A DNA stretch of 63,641 nucleotides, counting the filler, from Octopus bimaculoides (Eukaryota), in NCBI RefSeq assembly GCF_001194135.2. It is 8 parts of 8 records of this genome, joined end to end, with 100 filler letters (N's around TTAATTAATTAA, not from the genome) between each part and the next. Parts side by side here need not be neighbours in the genome. Positions count along the whole stretch, not along the records: positions 1 to 15,226 come from NC_068991.1; positions 15,327 to 19,781 come from NC_068990.1; positions 19,882 to 26,864 come from NC_068996.1; positions 26,965 to 36,081 come from NC_069003.1; 4 more parts are not named here. The stretch is one strand, 5' to 3'. The notes below the pieces were generated by a model. It was not told the DNA's origin, ran no database searches, and saw nothing but the letters and a program-made list of their open reading frames with translations. Made by a program: the position numbers and the translations under genes. Position 1 is the first letter of the stretch. Each line of letters begins with the position of its first letter. Of the stretch, positions 13,081 through 27,039 are shown in pieces.

Positions 13081-13319
13081 ATATGCATTTTATTTCAGTG
13101 TATGAAGTTAAGCTAAACAGTTTGGAAAGCAGTTATTATTTTAGGAGAGTGTTAAGCCGTTGGAAAACAGTTTATAGCAGAAGCTCCATCTAAGAATATC
13201 TGAAGAAGGAATTGTATTCCGAAATATAATCGGACTATAGATAACTAAATTACAACAGGTATATAGTCCATTTTTTGTATTATGGTGCATTGTTGTACCA
13301 TTCAATACTTTTTATTCTT

Positions 13320-13520
13320 TAGTTATTATTTTATTCTTTTATTCGTTTACTTGTTTCAGTCATTTGACTGCGGCCGTGCTGCAGTACCATCTTGAAAGGT
13401 TTTAGTCGAACAAATCGACCCCAGGACTTATTTTTAAAGCCTAGTACTTATTCTGTCGGTTCTCTTTTGTTGAACCGCTAAGTTACGGGGACATAAACAC
13501 ATAACACGGGTTGTCATACT
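13320..13520 (-). mobile_element. SINE family B, 3' part
   Basis: TACTTGTTTCAGTCATTTGACTGCGGCC..AAATCGACCCCAGGACTTATT..GCCTAGTACTTATTC..GAACCGCTAAGTTACGGGGAC. Confidence 0.85.
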
Positions 13521-13652
13521 CATTATGAAAGGCAGCTGTTCTCCTAATGATGAGCATCATTGACGTCAAGAAACTCAACTTAATCCCTACAACACCCGCA
13601 TCCTGCTTCCAGGTCGAAGAGGAGGCTATTTCTTCTCTCTGACAAAAATATA

Positions 13653-13736
13653 TCAGGTTGTCAAGAAAGTTCTTGCGGAATTTTTACGTTTGGTTTTAAA
13701 TGAGGTATTTTCAAATTAATTTTCGTTAAATTACTT
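13653..13736. mobile_element. Mariner-like terminal inverted repeat, truncated by a gap
   Basis: TA-TCAGGTTGTCAAGAAAGTTCTTGCGGAATTT resembles the TIR of the mariner derivative at 55987 (TTGGGTTGTCCGGAAAGTTCGTGCCGATTT). Confidence 0.5.
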
Positions 13737-13989
13737 NNNNNNNNNNNNNNNNNNNNNNNNNNNNNNNNNNNNNNNNNNNNNNNNNNNNNACACACACACA
13801 CACATATATATATATGTATGTATACATGTATATGTATATATCTTCGTTATAAGATAATATCATAAATCCTGTGTTTTTTTTAAAAAAAACATTCCTTGAA
13901 GAGAACAGTTATCGTTTAGAGAAACTGAAGATATGTCTAGTTCAGGCTAGACATGAAACCAACGGTTTTTTTTCTAAAACTGTTAATTT

Positions 13990-14025
<36 letters not shown>

Positions 14026-14596
14026 GTTAGTATGTCTATTTGTCTATGTTTCATTGTATGCAAACCAAAGTGCATTTGTGTGAGAGTGTGTATGAAATAT
14101 TTTGTTTATTCATACTTCTTAAGTAAGCAAACGATAAATATTCAAACGTGACCTAAGAAACGAGATAATGTGTCGAACAATTTCTTTTGTGTATTACAAT
14201 TTGTTTTGTCTGTTATAATTTATTGCATAATATAATGTAATATAATAATACATTATAATATTGAATATTATATATTATATCATAGAGTATCATATTACTT
14301 GTGTCAATATGGGGAATCAATAGAAATATTTTGTTACCTTGTCTTGAATTATATTTATTATACAACACTGGGTTGTATTAGAACACTGGAATTAATTGGC
14401 TGAAGTGAATTCCTTTTATTGCTATGACTGAGAAGATGCTGTGTCCATGGTCTTGGAACGTTCGTTTAGATTAGTGATTAGAAATAAATAATGTGTTTTA
14501 TTATTCTGCTGGTCACACGTGTCACGCTTAACTACGGAAGGAAATTGAAGATATAATTGAAATATTTAAGCATTACGAAGCAAATTTGAGAGTTAC

Positions 14597-14648
<52 letters not shown>

Positions 14649-14904
14649 TAATAAAAATGATAATAATAATAATAATAATGGCTTCAAATTTTGCCACAAG
14701 AGCAGCAATTTTGGGTGAGGAGATGAGTCGGTTTTTTTCTGGGGAGCACTTTTAATACTTCTTATAAAGTTTTTTTTAAGTCTTGTAAAGTATAATATAC
14801 TCTTTTGTAGTGTTATAAATATTTATTTTGCAATAAAATGCTTTCTACGGTGAGACTTTTTGAATACCCTATATATATGTAAGTATTTATTAATGAGGGT
14901 AGAA

Positions 14905-15182
14905 ATTGATATTAATCAATTAAAACCAGTGGTCTAGCATATTAAAATTATATTACATACAAAAATAAGAGGAATGACCAGCAAATGTGGACTCCTATAT
15001 GCTAGAAATAGATGCCGAATCATTTAAACACGAAAAAAATATGTTCTCAATCTTGCCCTTTTACAGTCTGTTGTGTCGCTAATTTGTTACTGAGAACATA
15101 TTTTTTTCGTGGTTAGATGATTCGGCATCTATTTCTAGCATATAAGAGTCCACATTTGCTGGTCATTCCTCTTATTTTTGTA
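14905..15182. mobile_element. Foldback MITE with 92-bp inverted arms
   Basis: Arms at 14958-15049 and 15091-15182 are near-perfect reverse complements around a 41-nt loop. A related arm is at 2630-2770. Confidence 0.85.
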
Positions 15183-15326
15183 TATATGTAAGTATGTATA
15201 TATATATGTGTATGTCTGTATATATANNNNNNNNNNNNNNNNNNNNNNNNNNNNNNNNNNNNNNNNNNNNTTAATTAATTAANNNNNNNNNNNNNNNNNN
15301 NNNNNNNNNNNNNNNNNNNNNNNNNN

Positions 15327-15370
<44 letters not shown>

Positions 15371-15543
15371 CACACACATAAATGCACATACACAAACTCA
15401 TACACACACACAGGGTTACCCAGGGTTTTGCATCCATAAAGCTCTTAGCTTTAAATATATCTTGTCAGACCATAATGAAGTGTGCTTCTCTTTCAGATTT
15501 GTGATTTACTGATGATATATATATATGTGTGTGTGGGTGTGTT

Positions 15544-15574
<31 letters not shown>

Positions 15575-15580
<6 letters not shown>

Positions 15581-15640
15581 GCACAAATGGGCTGAGAATT
15601 ACTTCAACTGTAGTGAACCTCAGCCCATTTATGTTATTAT
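15575..15640. repeat. 66-nt hairpin (22-bp stem); a related half copy lies at 63072-63102
   Basis: ATAATAGCACAAATGGGCTGAG pairs with CTCAGCCCATTTATGTTATTAT (one mismatch, one G-U). Confidence 0.75.
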
Positions 15641-15902
15641 TTATACTACACTATACTCAGAACTCTTCTGTATTGGATGGATCTTGAGCCTAATGTGGAC
15701 TGTGGAGTGTATGCTGGAATATACCCTTGTGTGATTTTACATATGCTATGAGTATATTTAGTCTGTACATATGAATGTATACATATACATAACTGGAAGG
15801 ACAAATATGTATGTACACTAGTATGTGAGTGTCCATATACACACTGTTGATACATGGGTATGTGGTTATTCACTCTACCTTGATCTCCTTATTAAAATAT
15901 CG

Positions 15903-16122
15903 CAAGGTGGTGTGCTGGCAGAATCGTTAGCATGCTGGATGAAATGCTTAACATTATTTCACCCATCGCTAAGTTCTGAGTCCATATTTCACTGAGGTTG
16001 ACTTTGCCTTTCATCCTTTTGGGGTTGATAAATTAAGTACCAGTGAAACACTGGGATCGATGTAATTGACTAGTCCCCTCCCCACAAATTTTAAGGCCTT
16101 GTGCCTTCAGTAGAAAGGATTA
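15903..16122 (+). mobile_element. SINE family A, CpG-decayed copy
   Basis: Full head and core. Positions that are CpG in other copies read TpG/CpA here (CATGCTGGATG, TCACTGAGGTTGAC, GGGGTTGATA). Confidence 0.9.
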
Positions 16123-16667
16123 TTAAAATACTTCGAGTCTATTGGATCATGCAAATAATTATATGTATGTGTGTGTGTGTGTGTGTATCTATATTCTTTT
16201 ATTCTTTTACTTTTTACAGTCATTTCACTGTGGTCATGCTGGAGCACATATATTTATAATGAATAAGTGAAACAGAAAATGGAGTTCACAAGAGTATTTA
16301 TTCATCACAATCTTTTTGACTCATTGGACCCTTGTGGGTGGGATACTGTACAACTGGTTGTGTTGCATCCTCCAGCATACTACTAACTGTATACCCAAAG
16401 TCCAAATAATTACTTATATGTATATTTATATATATATATGTTGGATTATGTAGTATTGTTGATGTAACCAGATACATATTACGAAACAGCTGTCAACAAA
16501 TGGAATAAACATCTGTTCTCTCACTTTTCTTATCTCATCACTTATATATATATATCTATATATAATGATATTAATAACAATTTCTTTCTTGTTTTAAACA
16601 ATGTTTCATGTTCCTTCTTTACATTTATATCTCACTAACTCATACTTCTTATTTATGTTTGTTACAG

Positions 16668-16719
16668 ATGGGTGGAAGCTTTGAAGAAATCTATTGGAAG
16701 ATGGATCAGAGTGCTTTGA
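16668..16719 (+). CDS. Candidate terminal coding exon of an unidentified host gene, (R)WVEALKKSIGRWIRVL*
   Basis: Branch-point CTAAC at 16635, pyrimidine tract and TTACAG acceptor at 16662-16667. The frame resembles a PH-domain C-terminal helix (W..AL). An alternative frame MGGSFEEIYWKMDQSALKMLTLTIH* is open to 16745. No upstream exon was identified. Confidence 0.3.
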
Positions 16720-17141
16720 AAATGCTTACATTAACAATCCATTGAAAAGAAAACTGCTTCATTATGCTGAGGACACTTTAACTTTTATTTCCCTCTTGTA
16801 CCAACCATTAGCTTATTATTCTTCATACACGAACATCAACCATTGATATCATTGTCAAAGATTTTCTATCTACATGCATACACATATGTTGTTTTAGATA
16901 TATAAAGCTTCAAAAATATTGAAATCACTCTCTAAAGAGAATCATATGCTCCAAGAACACACGCATAGTTTTGGGTAACTTTTAGATTCTCCTTCCATTA
17001 GTGCACTTTGTAGTGGATCCAACCATTTATATATGTCAGCTTTAAACAAAGACAACCCATACCTGGATTCAAAGCTTTATATCTACATACATACATACAT
17101 ACACACACACGCATGCATGCACACACTCATATGTATATGAA

Positions 17142-17181
<40 letters not shown>

Positions 17182-17221
17182 AATATGTATGTATGGATAC
17201 TTATATATGTATGAATGTGTG

Positions 17222-17257
<36 letters not shown>

Positions 17258-17444
17258 TATATATGTATGGGCATATATATATATGTGTGTATATAAATAT
17301 GAATATATATATGTATATGCATATATGTGTGTGTGTGTGTGTATATATATATGTATGTATCTAAGTATATATATGTATATATATTTATGTTTGTGTGTAT
17401 ATATATATATATATATATATTAACACAACCCCACTATTTACTGA

Positions 17445-17510
<66 letters not shown>

Positions 17511-17903
17511 CGTGTCTGTACTGCCATAGGAAAATACTTCTTTCATCTATCTACAAATGTACATATTCACCCAAATATCACAAACATATAGACGTTTCTC
17601 CTGTGGTATACATGAGGTTTCCATTTTCTGCAGGATTACCTCTCGGCACATTGCCTCTTCCATTCCTCATTGCAATTCATATAAGCTCTCCTCTCCCCTG
17701 TGACCAATTTAGACAATGCTTTGAAGCATGCATGTGTTACTGTTATTAGAGATGTTCTAATATTTGTACAAACATCACTCAGATTATTAGAAACTTTTCT
17801 CAGAGTTCTTAAAACTAAAGGTGATTACAGAAAATATTATCATTGGAACTTCTCAGTTAAACATTAAATTGTAAAATACTGTGTGTGAGTATGTGTGTGC
17901 ACA

Positions 17904-17960
<57 letters not shown>

Positions 17961-18006
17961 TATATACATATATTTATATACATTATATATATATATACAT
18001 TATATA

Positions 18007-18047
<41 letters not shown>

Positions 18048-19275
18048 GCACACACACAATATTATATAGATATAAATATAAATATATATGTATACATAGA
18101 CACATATTCACTTACACACACATATATATATATACTTTTTTTGCTTCAGTTTTGTTGTATGAATTATTGCAATAAAATCAGTGGTTACCACACTTTGTCA
18201 AGTACTTATATTTATATTCCTGCAATGGAATATTCTTCAATGCATTTTACATATTTCATATATTTACTGCATTTTATATGGTGATTTCTCTAAATCTTTG
18301 GTGAAGCAAGAATATTCTGGAGTTAATACACAGGATTACATACATTTGAGTTTTCTTTTTGGTCATTATAATCCTGCACAGACACTGTCACTGACTCACT
18401 CTCTCTGTTTCTCTCACTCATATCTTTTTCATTCTTGCTCTCTCCTCTCTCTCTTCTCTCTCTCTTCTCCCCCTCTCTCTCCACTTTCTTTGATTATATT
18501 CGTTGTATTTCTCTCTTTATAATTGCTTCTTACATTCACACACTCACACATTTATATGCACATGCACACACATGCACATTCACATTTAGAATATCATGCA
18601 GACTTTGTTGTGGTCTTAACATTCTCTTCCTCTGTGTTAGCAAAACGAAAATCATTGAGAAAACAATTTATATCAAATATATTGAATTATATCCCTATTA
18701 CCTATAATCTGAGTTAAACATGAGCTAAAAGTTATTGATTTAAGCGGCTCAAACTATTGATAGTTTAAAAAGCTAGGTGAATCCATAATTGAAGGTTTAA
18801 TCTATGAAAGCCTCTCACATAAACTGTTGGGAAAAGATAATTTGATTGATAAGCTTAAAAGTCTAAACTGTATAAACAAGATACACGACTTCATCAACAA
18901 CAAGAATAATTCCTATTTAAAGTAAGCTTTATTAAGTTCTTTATTTTTTTTTATCTTTACTTTGTATGTTGTTTATTTTAATTGTCTTCAGTTCTTTTCT
19001 TTGGGAATGGTTATATAATGCTACATCCTGCCCATGTGTGTATAATCAGTTAAACGGTTTGCAATAACAAATAAATAAGATTCAAATCATATGAGCTTTG
19101 CTGATAAACATTAGAAATATACTATTATGTAATCAAAAGAGATAATGTTATTATTGATCTGTACTACCTGACTTGTCATTCAAATGATTTCAATCTGCTT
19201 AGACTTCAAATTATTTTTGTTTGACTCACCAGTTTATTAGCAATTTTCTCAGTGATGCATGCTTCTTTCTCTAAT

Positions 19276-19323
<48 letters not shown>

Positions 19324-19587
19324 GCACACATCTATATATCATGATCATCGTCATCAACATGCACATGAGTGTTTTACATTTGCCTTCCCATATGACCAGT
19401 ATATTGGACAGATATATTTGAGGTAGAATTTTAGGGGCAAACATCTTTCCTATTGCCAACATTTGTATGTATGTGTGTATGTTTGTATATGTGTATGTGT
19501 ATGTATATATAGAAAGATAGAGAAAGAGTGCGTGTATATTTGTATATGTGTGTGTGTACGTATATGTAATATATATGTACGTATATA

Positions 19588-19629
<42 letters not shown>

Positions 19630-19630
19630 T

Positions 19631-19733
19631 TAGGGATAAAAATCCAAAATTACAAGTAAAAACTCAATTAATATGTGACAGTGGATTTTCATCGATGAGT
19701 TCATGAACCTTGGTTCTTTTCCCTAAAACTATA
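19631..19733. mobile_element. Short repeat-end composite; 19670-19733 is nearly identical to the reverse complement of 61057-61119
   Basis: 63 bp with 1 mismatch (TATAGTTTTAGGGAAAAGAACCAAGGTTCATGAACTCATCGATGAAAATCCAC..CACATAT). Confidence 0.6.
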
Positions 19734-19959
19734 TCATCATCATCATCATCATCGTTTAACGTCCGCTTTCCATGCTAGCATNNNNNNNNNNNNNNNNNNN
19801 NNNNNNNNNNNNNNNNNNNNNNNNNTTAATTAATTAANNNNNNNNNNNNNNNNNNNNNNNNNNNNNNNNNNNNNNNNNNNNTCATACAGTCTGGGGTATT
19901 TCACATCATCGCTCCTGTATGTATATATATACACATTGTAGATCGGAACACATACATAA

Positions 19960-20031
<72 letters not shown>

Positions 20032-20580
20032 GTCTATCTATCTGTCTGTCTATCTCGCGAGTGTGTACGCGTATACGCACATACACATTTACCCAAACAT
20101 GTTTCAAACAAAAATGGCACTTGTAATAACAGTAGCGCCGGAAGATAAGGAGCAATAGGATGATGGGGAGCAGCAAACAATTGATCACTTCTTAATGTTA
20201 TGATTAACGTTAATAGTTTAGTTGTTACAATTGTTGTTGCTGCTGCTTTTGTTGTTGTTGTTGTTGATAGTATGGTGCTTTACATACATATTTGCCATTC
20301 TTTCCTTTCCTCATTCTTTTTCCCATTTGGATGGAAGGAAGACACATAGGGTGGGTGTTGTTGTTCACTGAAATAATATAGGAGGGGAACCAGTTATTCA
20401 GATAAGAAATGAGAGAGGAAGAGAGGGAGAGGGAGAAAGAGGAGGAGAGGGAGACAAACAATTTGACGGACAGAGAGTCAGTCAGGAGGTGGACAAAGGG
20501 AGGTACATTCTGAAGGAAAGAATGAAATAGCAGAGGAGACAGTGTTATGAAGAATGAATGGTGGAAGCAGAAATACAGGG

Positions 20581-20646
<66 letters not shown>

Positions 20647-21017
20647 AAGTGAAGTGGAGAGGGGAGTGAGAGAGAAAGATGAGGAAGAAAGAGAAAGAAA
20701 GAACTGATGATAAAGGGGGTTGGTGGTGAAGGTTGTTTTTAAAAGCAAAGCGGCGATTTGAAATGAACATAATAGTAGACATCATTTTACTCTTTGATAG
20801 AAACCAGATGTTAGAAATAGCAAGTTGAGATGGCAATCTCAGATGTTTGCCTGCCTATGACGGAAGTAATAAATAATGTGACATACTGGACTAATGTCAT
20901 AAAAAAATCGAACAAAACCTATGCATTGAGAACGAATATTCTTATCCCTACATACATTTCCTTCCTTCCTTCCTTCCTTCCTTCCTTCCTTCCTTCCTTC
21001 CTTCCTTCTTTCTTTCT

Positions 21018-21089
<72 letters not shown>

Positions 21090-22138
21090 TCGTTCCTACT
21101 ATTACCTCTTTTCTGCTCTAGTTTGAAAGAATAGAGCAGAGAGGGGCTTATTATTGAAATATTCTATAATTTAGATTTTCCACTAATCAAAATTTTAGGC
21201 TATTTAATGATGAGCAAATGACAATGACAATATGAAACTAAAAGCAAAACTGCTGCAACAACAACAACAGCAGTAATCTAAAGAAAACGAGCATTAACGT
21301 CATGAAGAACAATGGTAAGAACATTAGTAACATCAACAACAGTATCGTCATCAACATGAAGAATATCAACTGCAAATATTTAGAGAATGACGCCCTGACC
21401 TGCGACAAATAGCTGCCATTTCCAATGGCAGTAGGTTGTATAGTTCTAGACATATCTTCTAAAAAGTTGTGGTGTCATGGCAAGAAAGCTTTCGTTCACA
21501 GGTCTTCTTGATTGAGGCTGACATAGTTTCAAAATAAGAGCAATAACAACAACGGTTACAAAAACTAACAATAATAATAATAATAATACCATCAACGACA
21601 ATAACGTTGCACGCTTTTGTCTTTCTGTATAGTTCTGTACACTCCTCCCACGGCCTTCGCCTTGTATTATTACCAAAAGTCGTACTTTCACTTTCATTCG
21701 TTATTCAGTCTCTGTTTCTTTCAACAACTACATCATTTGATCAATTCTTGTCTCACCAGCGATTATGCTGTTTTCTGGATTCGTTGAGAAATAACAGTCA
21801 AATTTACTTTAATTCCACTTATAAAAAAAATGGAAACATCAGATATAGATATTCAGTTAAATAAAAAGGAAAACATTTTGGTCATGCCTGGAACACTTTT
21901 GATCATAGTTTAGCTAGATCAGAGATGACTTAGGTGCTAAGTAATAACAAGTGCAACAGCGGAAGTAGCAATAACAGAATTTGTCTTAGCTATTTATTGT
22001 TCGAATCTATAATGACTGTATCCTCTAAGCACAAGGATTGTGGATTGGCAGAAGCAGTAGAATAGAATTCAGTTGCATACTTTTCTGTTCTGTGTTCAAT
22101 ACTCGCTGGAGGAAATACTGCTAAGGATTTTGTCAGTT

Positions 22139-22203
<65 letters not shown>

Positions 22204-22859
22204 ACAGAGAATACTGCAGCGAATAACAAAATGTGTGGATGTGAACGAGCGAGCTCCGTGCGAAGTTGGATTAAATCTGTGATCATCGGCGAACAGGATT
22301 TATGAAACAGCAAAAATATGAAAGAAAATTGTTTCTTAGTGTAAATCATTTCAGGACGCCGAAATATTTCTCTCGTATATGAAACAGAATTGCTGTCAAG
22401 TCCGTTGTCACGGAAAGACGTGTGTGAAAATATAAACCACACGCGGAAATGCGATTTTCCCATAGAAGAATTGAAACAATGTGCGGGGATGCGGTGTCGC
22501 TACATATAAAAAAAAAACAATAAAAAAAACAGGAAAAACTGTGAGTACAAATAATAATCGTATATGCAGTCACATTTCTACACAGATACACATAAATGTA
22601 ATGTTTATATTGTTCACACAAGCACTCGTACATTTCGTACACGAACAAGACAACGTAGAATACACAGTATTTAAACAAATTAAACGAGACAAATAATAAT
22701 AACTATAATTATAAAATGCAATGCGTCTCATTTTAATTAGAGAGAAAAAAGATATGCTTGGTAGTAAAACTTCGAAAACAAATAAAGGCGAATTTTTATC
22801 TATGAGTTTGAGACGCTCAGATACGAAAACAACAATAGCACACAACCAGAAACGAAGTT

Positions 22860-25800
22860 CTGCCAAAAAGTTAACTCTGAACTCCTATTGTCACTGCCCA
22901 AGCAAAAAAAAAAAAAAAAAATCAAAAGAGAACGGTGGACAGATGACGACTACATTGAAGTGCTGTATGCATTCTACACTGCAAAACTGTACCCGGGAAA
23001 ACACAGGGATAACATGAGAAACATACCAAATATGGAGAAGAAGAAATACTGATAGAAGGGGAAATGTCTCGGAGAATAATCTTGTGAATAACCGGGGATA
23101 TATCCTGCGAAAGGGAAAAGTGCCCCAAACCGAAATAGACAAACTAATAGATAAAATACACACGGAAAATAAAATAAAACACCTTATAGCTCAAAACAAT
23201 GGGACACAACCAGGGAAAAACCGTACATCAGACATATCTCCGAAAACGCATAAGACACCACAAAAGAAAGAAGGGAATACAATAGAGATAACACAACAAA
23301 AGGTAAATAACAGGCTACACAAAAGTTAAATCTACACAGCTATCCAGCTTGGAAATAAATAGAATAGTACAGCAAATCAATAACACACAGGCGAATACTA
23401 AAACACAAAACAACAACGAACAAAATAACACACACCATAGCATAGCAGCTATAACCGAGGACGGAGACGAACCGACTGAAGAGATAACAAAAGTAGATGA
23501 AGAACTAAACATCACACAATCGATAAATATGGACCAGCGTAAACGTCTTCCCAAGCTACAGAAAAATAAATAGCTCTATGAAAGGATAAATAGATACAAC
23601 AGAGTCTTACAAGTGATAATGACCATATCAAAAAGTACACTAGATATCGACTCAACAGCTGTAGTGATGTCCAGGGAAACTGGACTTGATCCTTACAAAG
23701 AAAATAAATCCCAGCCAAATCTCAAATCCCAAAATGGAAACAGATCATAATAAATGATAAAATTCAAAAGCAAAAGAAATTAGAGAAAATAGGATCAAAC
23801 ATGAAAAATTTAAAAAAGGCCGATATAACAAAACAATACAACATAAAAAATAAAGAAGATATTTGGAATGTAAAAGAAAAGAATTAAACAGCATAGTAGT
23901 AAAAATTTGCCGCATAAAACGGTGTGAAAAACGGGAACGCTTCTTCCAACAAAATAGAGAATTTATAGAAAGTTAAACAAGGAACTATATCAATAGATAC
24001 CATGCCAACAACACCAACGCTTCCAAAAGAAAGGAAAAGCGAAAAAAATACTCAGTAGATTAATAGGGAAAAAGAAAGGAAGAGCACAATAGAACAACAT
24101 ATTTGGCCCACCATCACAAGCCAAAAGATCATGGGCACACTGATGAGTACCAACAACTGGAAAACTCCAGGGATAGACAAGGTCTCCAACTTCTAGTTGA
24201 AACACCTCACCAATATCCATAACCACTTAGCGGCAGTATTCAGTTAATTGGTGAGTCAGAATCGACACCAAACTGGATGTTAGAAGGATAAACCACCCTA
24301 ATTCTCAAAAATAAAGACACCGTACACCCACAAAATACAGAGCAATAACATGCCTATCAGCATTTTCCAAAACCCTAACATCAATCATCTATAACCGGCT
24401 TGTAAACCACATCGAAAACAACACTGTTTTACCAGAAAAACAAAAGGGGTGCCGGAGAGGTATGTATGGCTGTAATGAGAAACTTCTAGTAAACCGAGCC
24501 GTTATAGAGGAATTTAAGAGGAGAAAGATAAACCTGAACATGACTTAGATTGATCACCAGAAAGCATTCGACAGTGTTCCACACTCATGGAATTTGGAAT
24601 CTCTTCACACAAATAAGGTAGCTCCAACACTATTAAAATATATTAAACACGCAAAGGCATACTGGAAAACCAGTATAATATTGAAAACTGACTCACATGT
24701 CATTAAAACCTACCCTTTACCCATAAGAAGAGGGATTTTCCATGGAGACTCAGTGTTACCTCTGCTTTTCTGCCTGATCCGGTAACGTAACCACTATGGG
24801 TTACAGGTGCTATGAACAAGAAAAATAAGCTGTATATGGGTGACGCTAAAAGCACCATGGAACCGAAACATTATCAAAACTGTACAGAGTTTCAGCAATG
24901 ACATCGGAATAAGCATGGAGCTGGACAAGTGTGCCAGAGTCACAGTGAGAAGAAGGCAAATTATTCAGCACTGAAAACACTGCACTCAACATAGACACAG
25001 AAATTAGAAAATTAGACCACAACCGCCCATACAAATATCTAGGAATAGAGGAAACAGCTAAAATACAACACACAGAAACGAAAGAGAAAATTAGAAGAGA
25101 GTATTGCAGAAAAGTTAGACTAATATTAAACACTGAACTTAATGCTAAAAATAAGATAATGGGGTTAAACATGCTAGCCATACCAATCATAAGTTACAGA
25201 TTTAATATAATAAACTGGAAGATCAGTGAATTGAGAAACCTAGAGAGAAAAACCTGAAAACTACTAACAGCGTACCGAAGTCACCACCCCAAAGCAGACG
25301 CAGATAAAATATATCTACCCCACTCAGAAGGAGGCCGTGGCCTGATAGAGATAGAGAATTACTATAAAATAACAACAGTTGGACTAAGAAAGTACTTAGG
25401 CACAAAGAGTGGAAGACTACTGCATGTAATAAAGCAACACGAGAAAAAGAAAACGTGTTTCTCTTTGCACAAGGAGGTGAAAAATACAAAGTAGAAACAA
25501 ACTACACTGATACACTAACCTCAGATGACAACATAGCAGAAATAGTCAAAGAAACAAAAAACAAAAAAATATGAAAACCGAATTATAAAAGATACTGAAG
25601 TAGAAATAGAGAGAAAAAAAATCACTTTATGGCCAATAATCTGCAAGACTTGATAGAGAGGAGGTAAGTCCCAGTACAAGCGAACAATAACCCAAAAGCT
25701 CTGGACCAAAAACTGAAACTGAAGGACTGATTCTCGCTGCACAAGAACAATGCCTGACTACAAACAATTATAAAAACAAAATACACAAAACAGGCCTGAT

Positions 25801-26660
25801 CACCAAATGCAGAATGTGCAATCAGCACAATGAGACAGCTGACAACTTCATCTCGGGCTGCCCAGTTCTTGCCAAGTCTGAATATCTATATACAAACACG
25901 AGAGAGCAAGCAATTATATCCATTGGACAATATGCCAACATTACATCAAAACTGTATAAGCATGTGCCAATAAAGGTACAAGATAACGACCAGGCCACAA
26001 TCATCTGGGATATGCCCGTTCAAACCGACCAGGAAATAAAAGCTAATCGCCCACATATAATAGTCAATGATTGGGGTAAAAACACCTGCTTACTGACAAA
26101 CATTTCAGTCCCTTCAGATCAAAATATTGTCAAAAAAGAATTGGAAAAATTGTCAAAGTACAAAGATCTCGAAATTAAAGTATTCAAAATGTGGAGCATA
26201 AAGATAAAAACATTACCAATGATAGTCGGAGCATTAGGCATGATAAAAGAACATTTAAACAAAAACATAGAAGCTATACTTGGATCCTCAACAATACACT
26301 GTCCAAAAACATATCCCTGCTGGGAACAACTCACATCCTACGCAAGACACTATCAATCCAATAATACAACCTAAATAAGACAACCGACAAACACAAGACA
26401 CACTCTATACTGCAATTTCCCAGTGAAATAAACTCCTACCAGTAATTCAGATAGCAAACACACTCAACACATAATACAAGCAGTAACATAAAAAAACTGC
26501 ACCAAACCTCAAGATGAAAAAAAATTAATACAGTACCGTGAAGAGTATGCACGCTCCTAACAGCAGAAAAGAACACACAATGCTTGCACACACCCCAGAA
26601 ATACGGAGGTGTATGTAGCAGGTGATGAAGTAGAAATTTGTCTCAATCTACCGAATATTG
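22860..26660 (+). mobile_element. Near-full-length decayed R4/Dong-like non-LTR retrotransposon (Myb-like N-terminus, RT, CCHC knuckle, RLE)
   Basis: N-terminus RERWTDDDYIEVLYAFYTAKLYP at about 22927. RT motifs NNWKTPGIDKVSNF, KQKGCRRG, IDHQKAFDSVPHSW, RRGIFHGDSVLPLLF, LYMGD (decayed YMDD), YKYLGI, HHPKAD..GGRGL. Knuckle CRMC..E..(H)..SGC. RLE IIWD..QTDQEIKANRP..LEKLSKYKDL. Many stops and frameshifts. The 3' UTR ends in a long (TAA)n at 26660-26864. Confidence 0.9.
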
Positions 26661-26681
26661 AAAAGTTATATAATAATAATG

Positions 26682-26797
<116 letters not shown>

Positions 26798-26798
26798 G

Positions 26799-26864
<66 letters not shown>

Positions 26865-27039
26865 NNNNNNNNNNNNNNNNNNNNNNNNNNNNNNNNNNNN
26901 NNNNNNNNTTAATTAATTAANNNNNNNNNNNNNNNNNNNNNNNNNNNNNNNNNNNNNNNNNNNNAGGTCAAATTATTCATGCATTACAAGTATGGAAGCA
27001 TTTGGTGAAGTCGATTTCACGTGAAAAGCGAATACACAC

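Noticed and set aside
21990-22463. 157-aa minus-strand ORF with poly-Ser
   Set aside because: Built around (CTA)n, with no domain similarity I can recognise.
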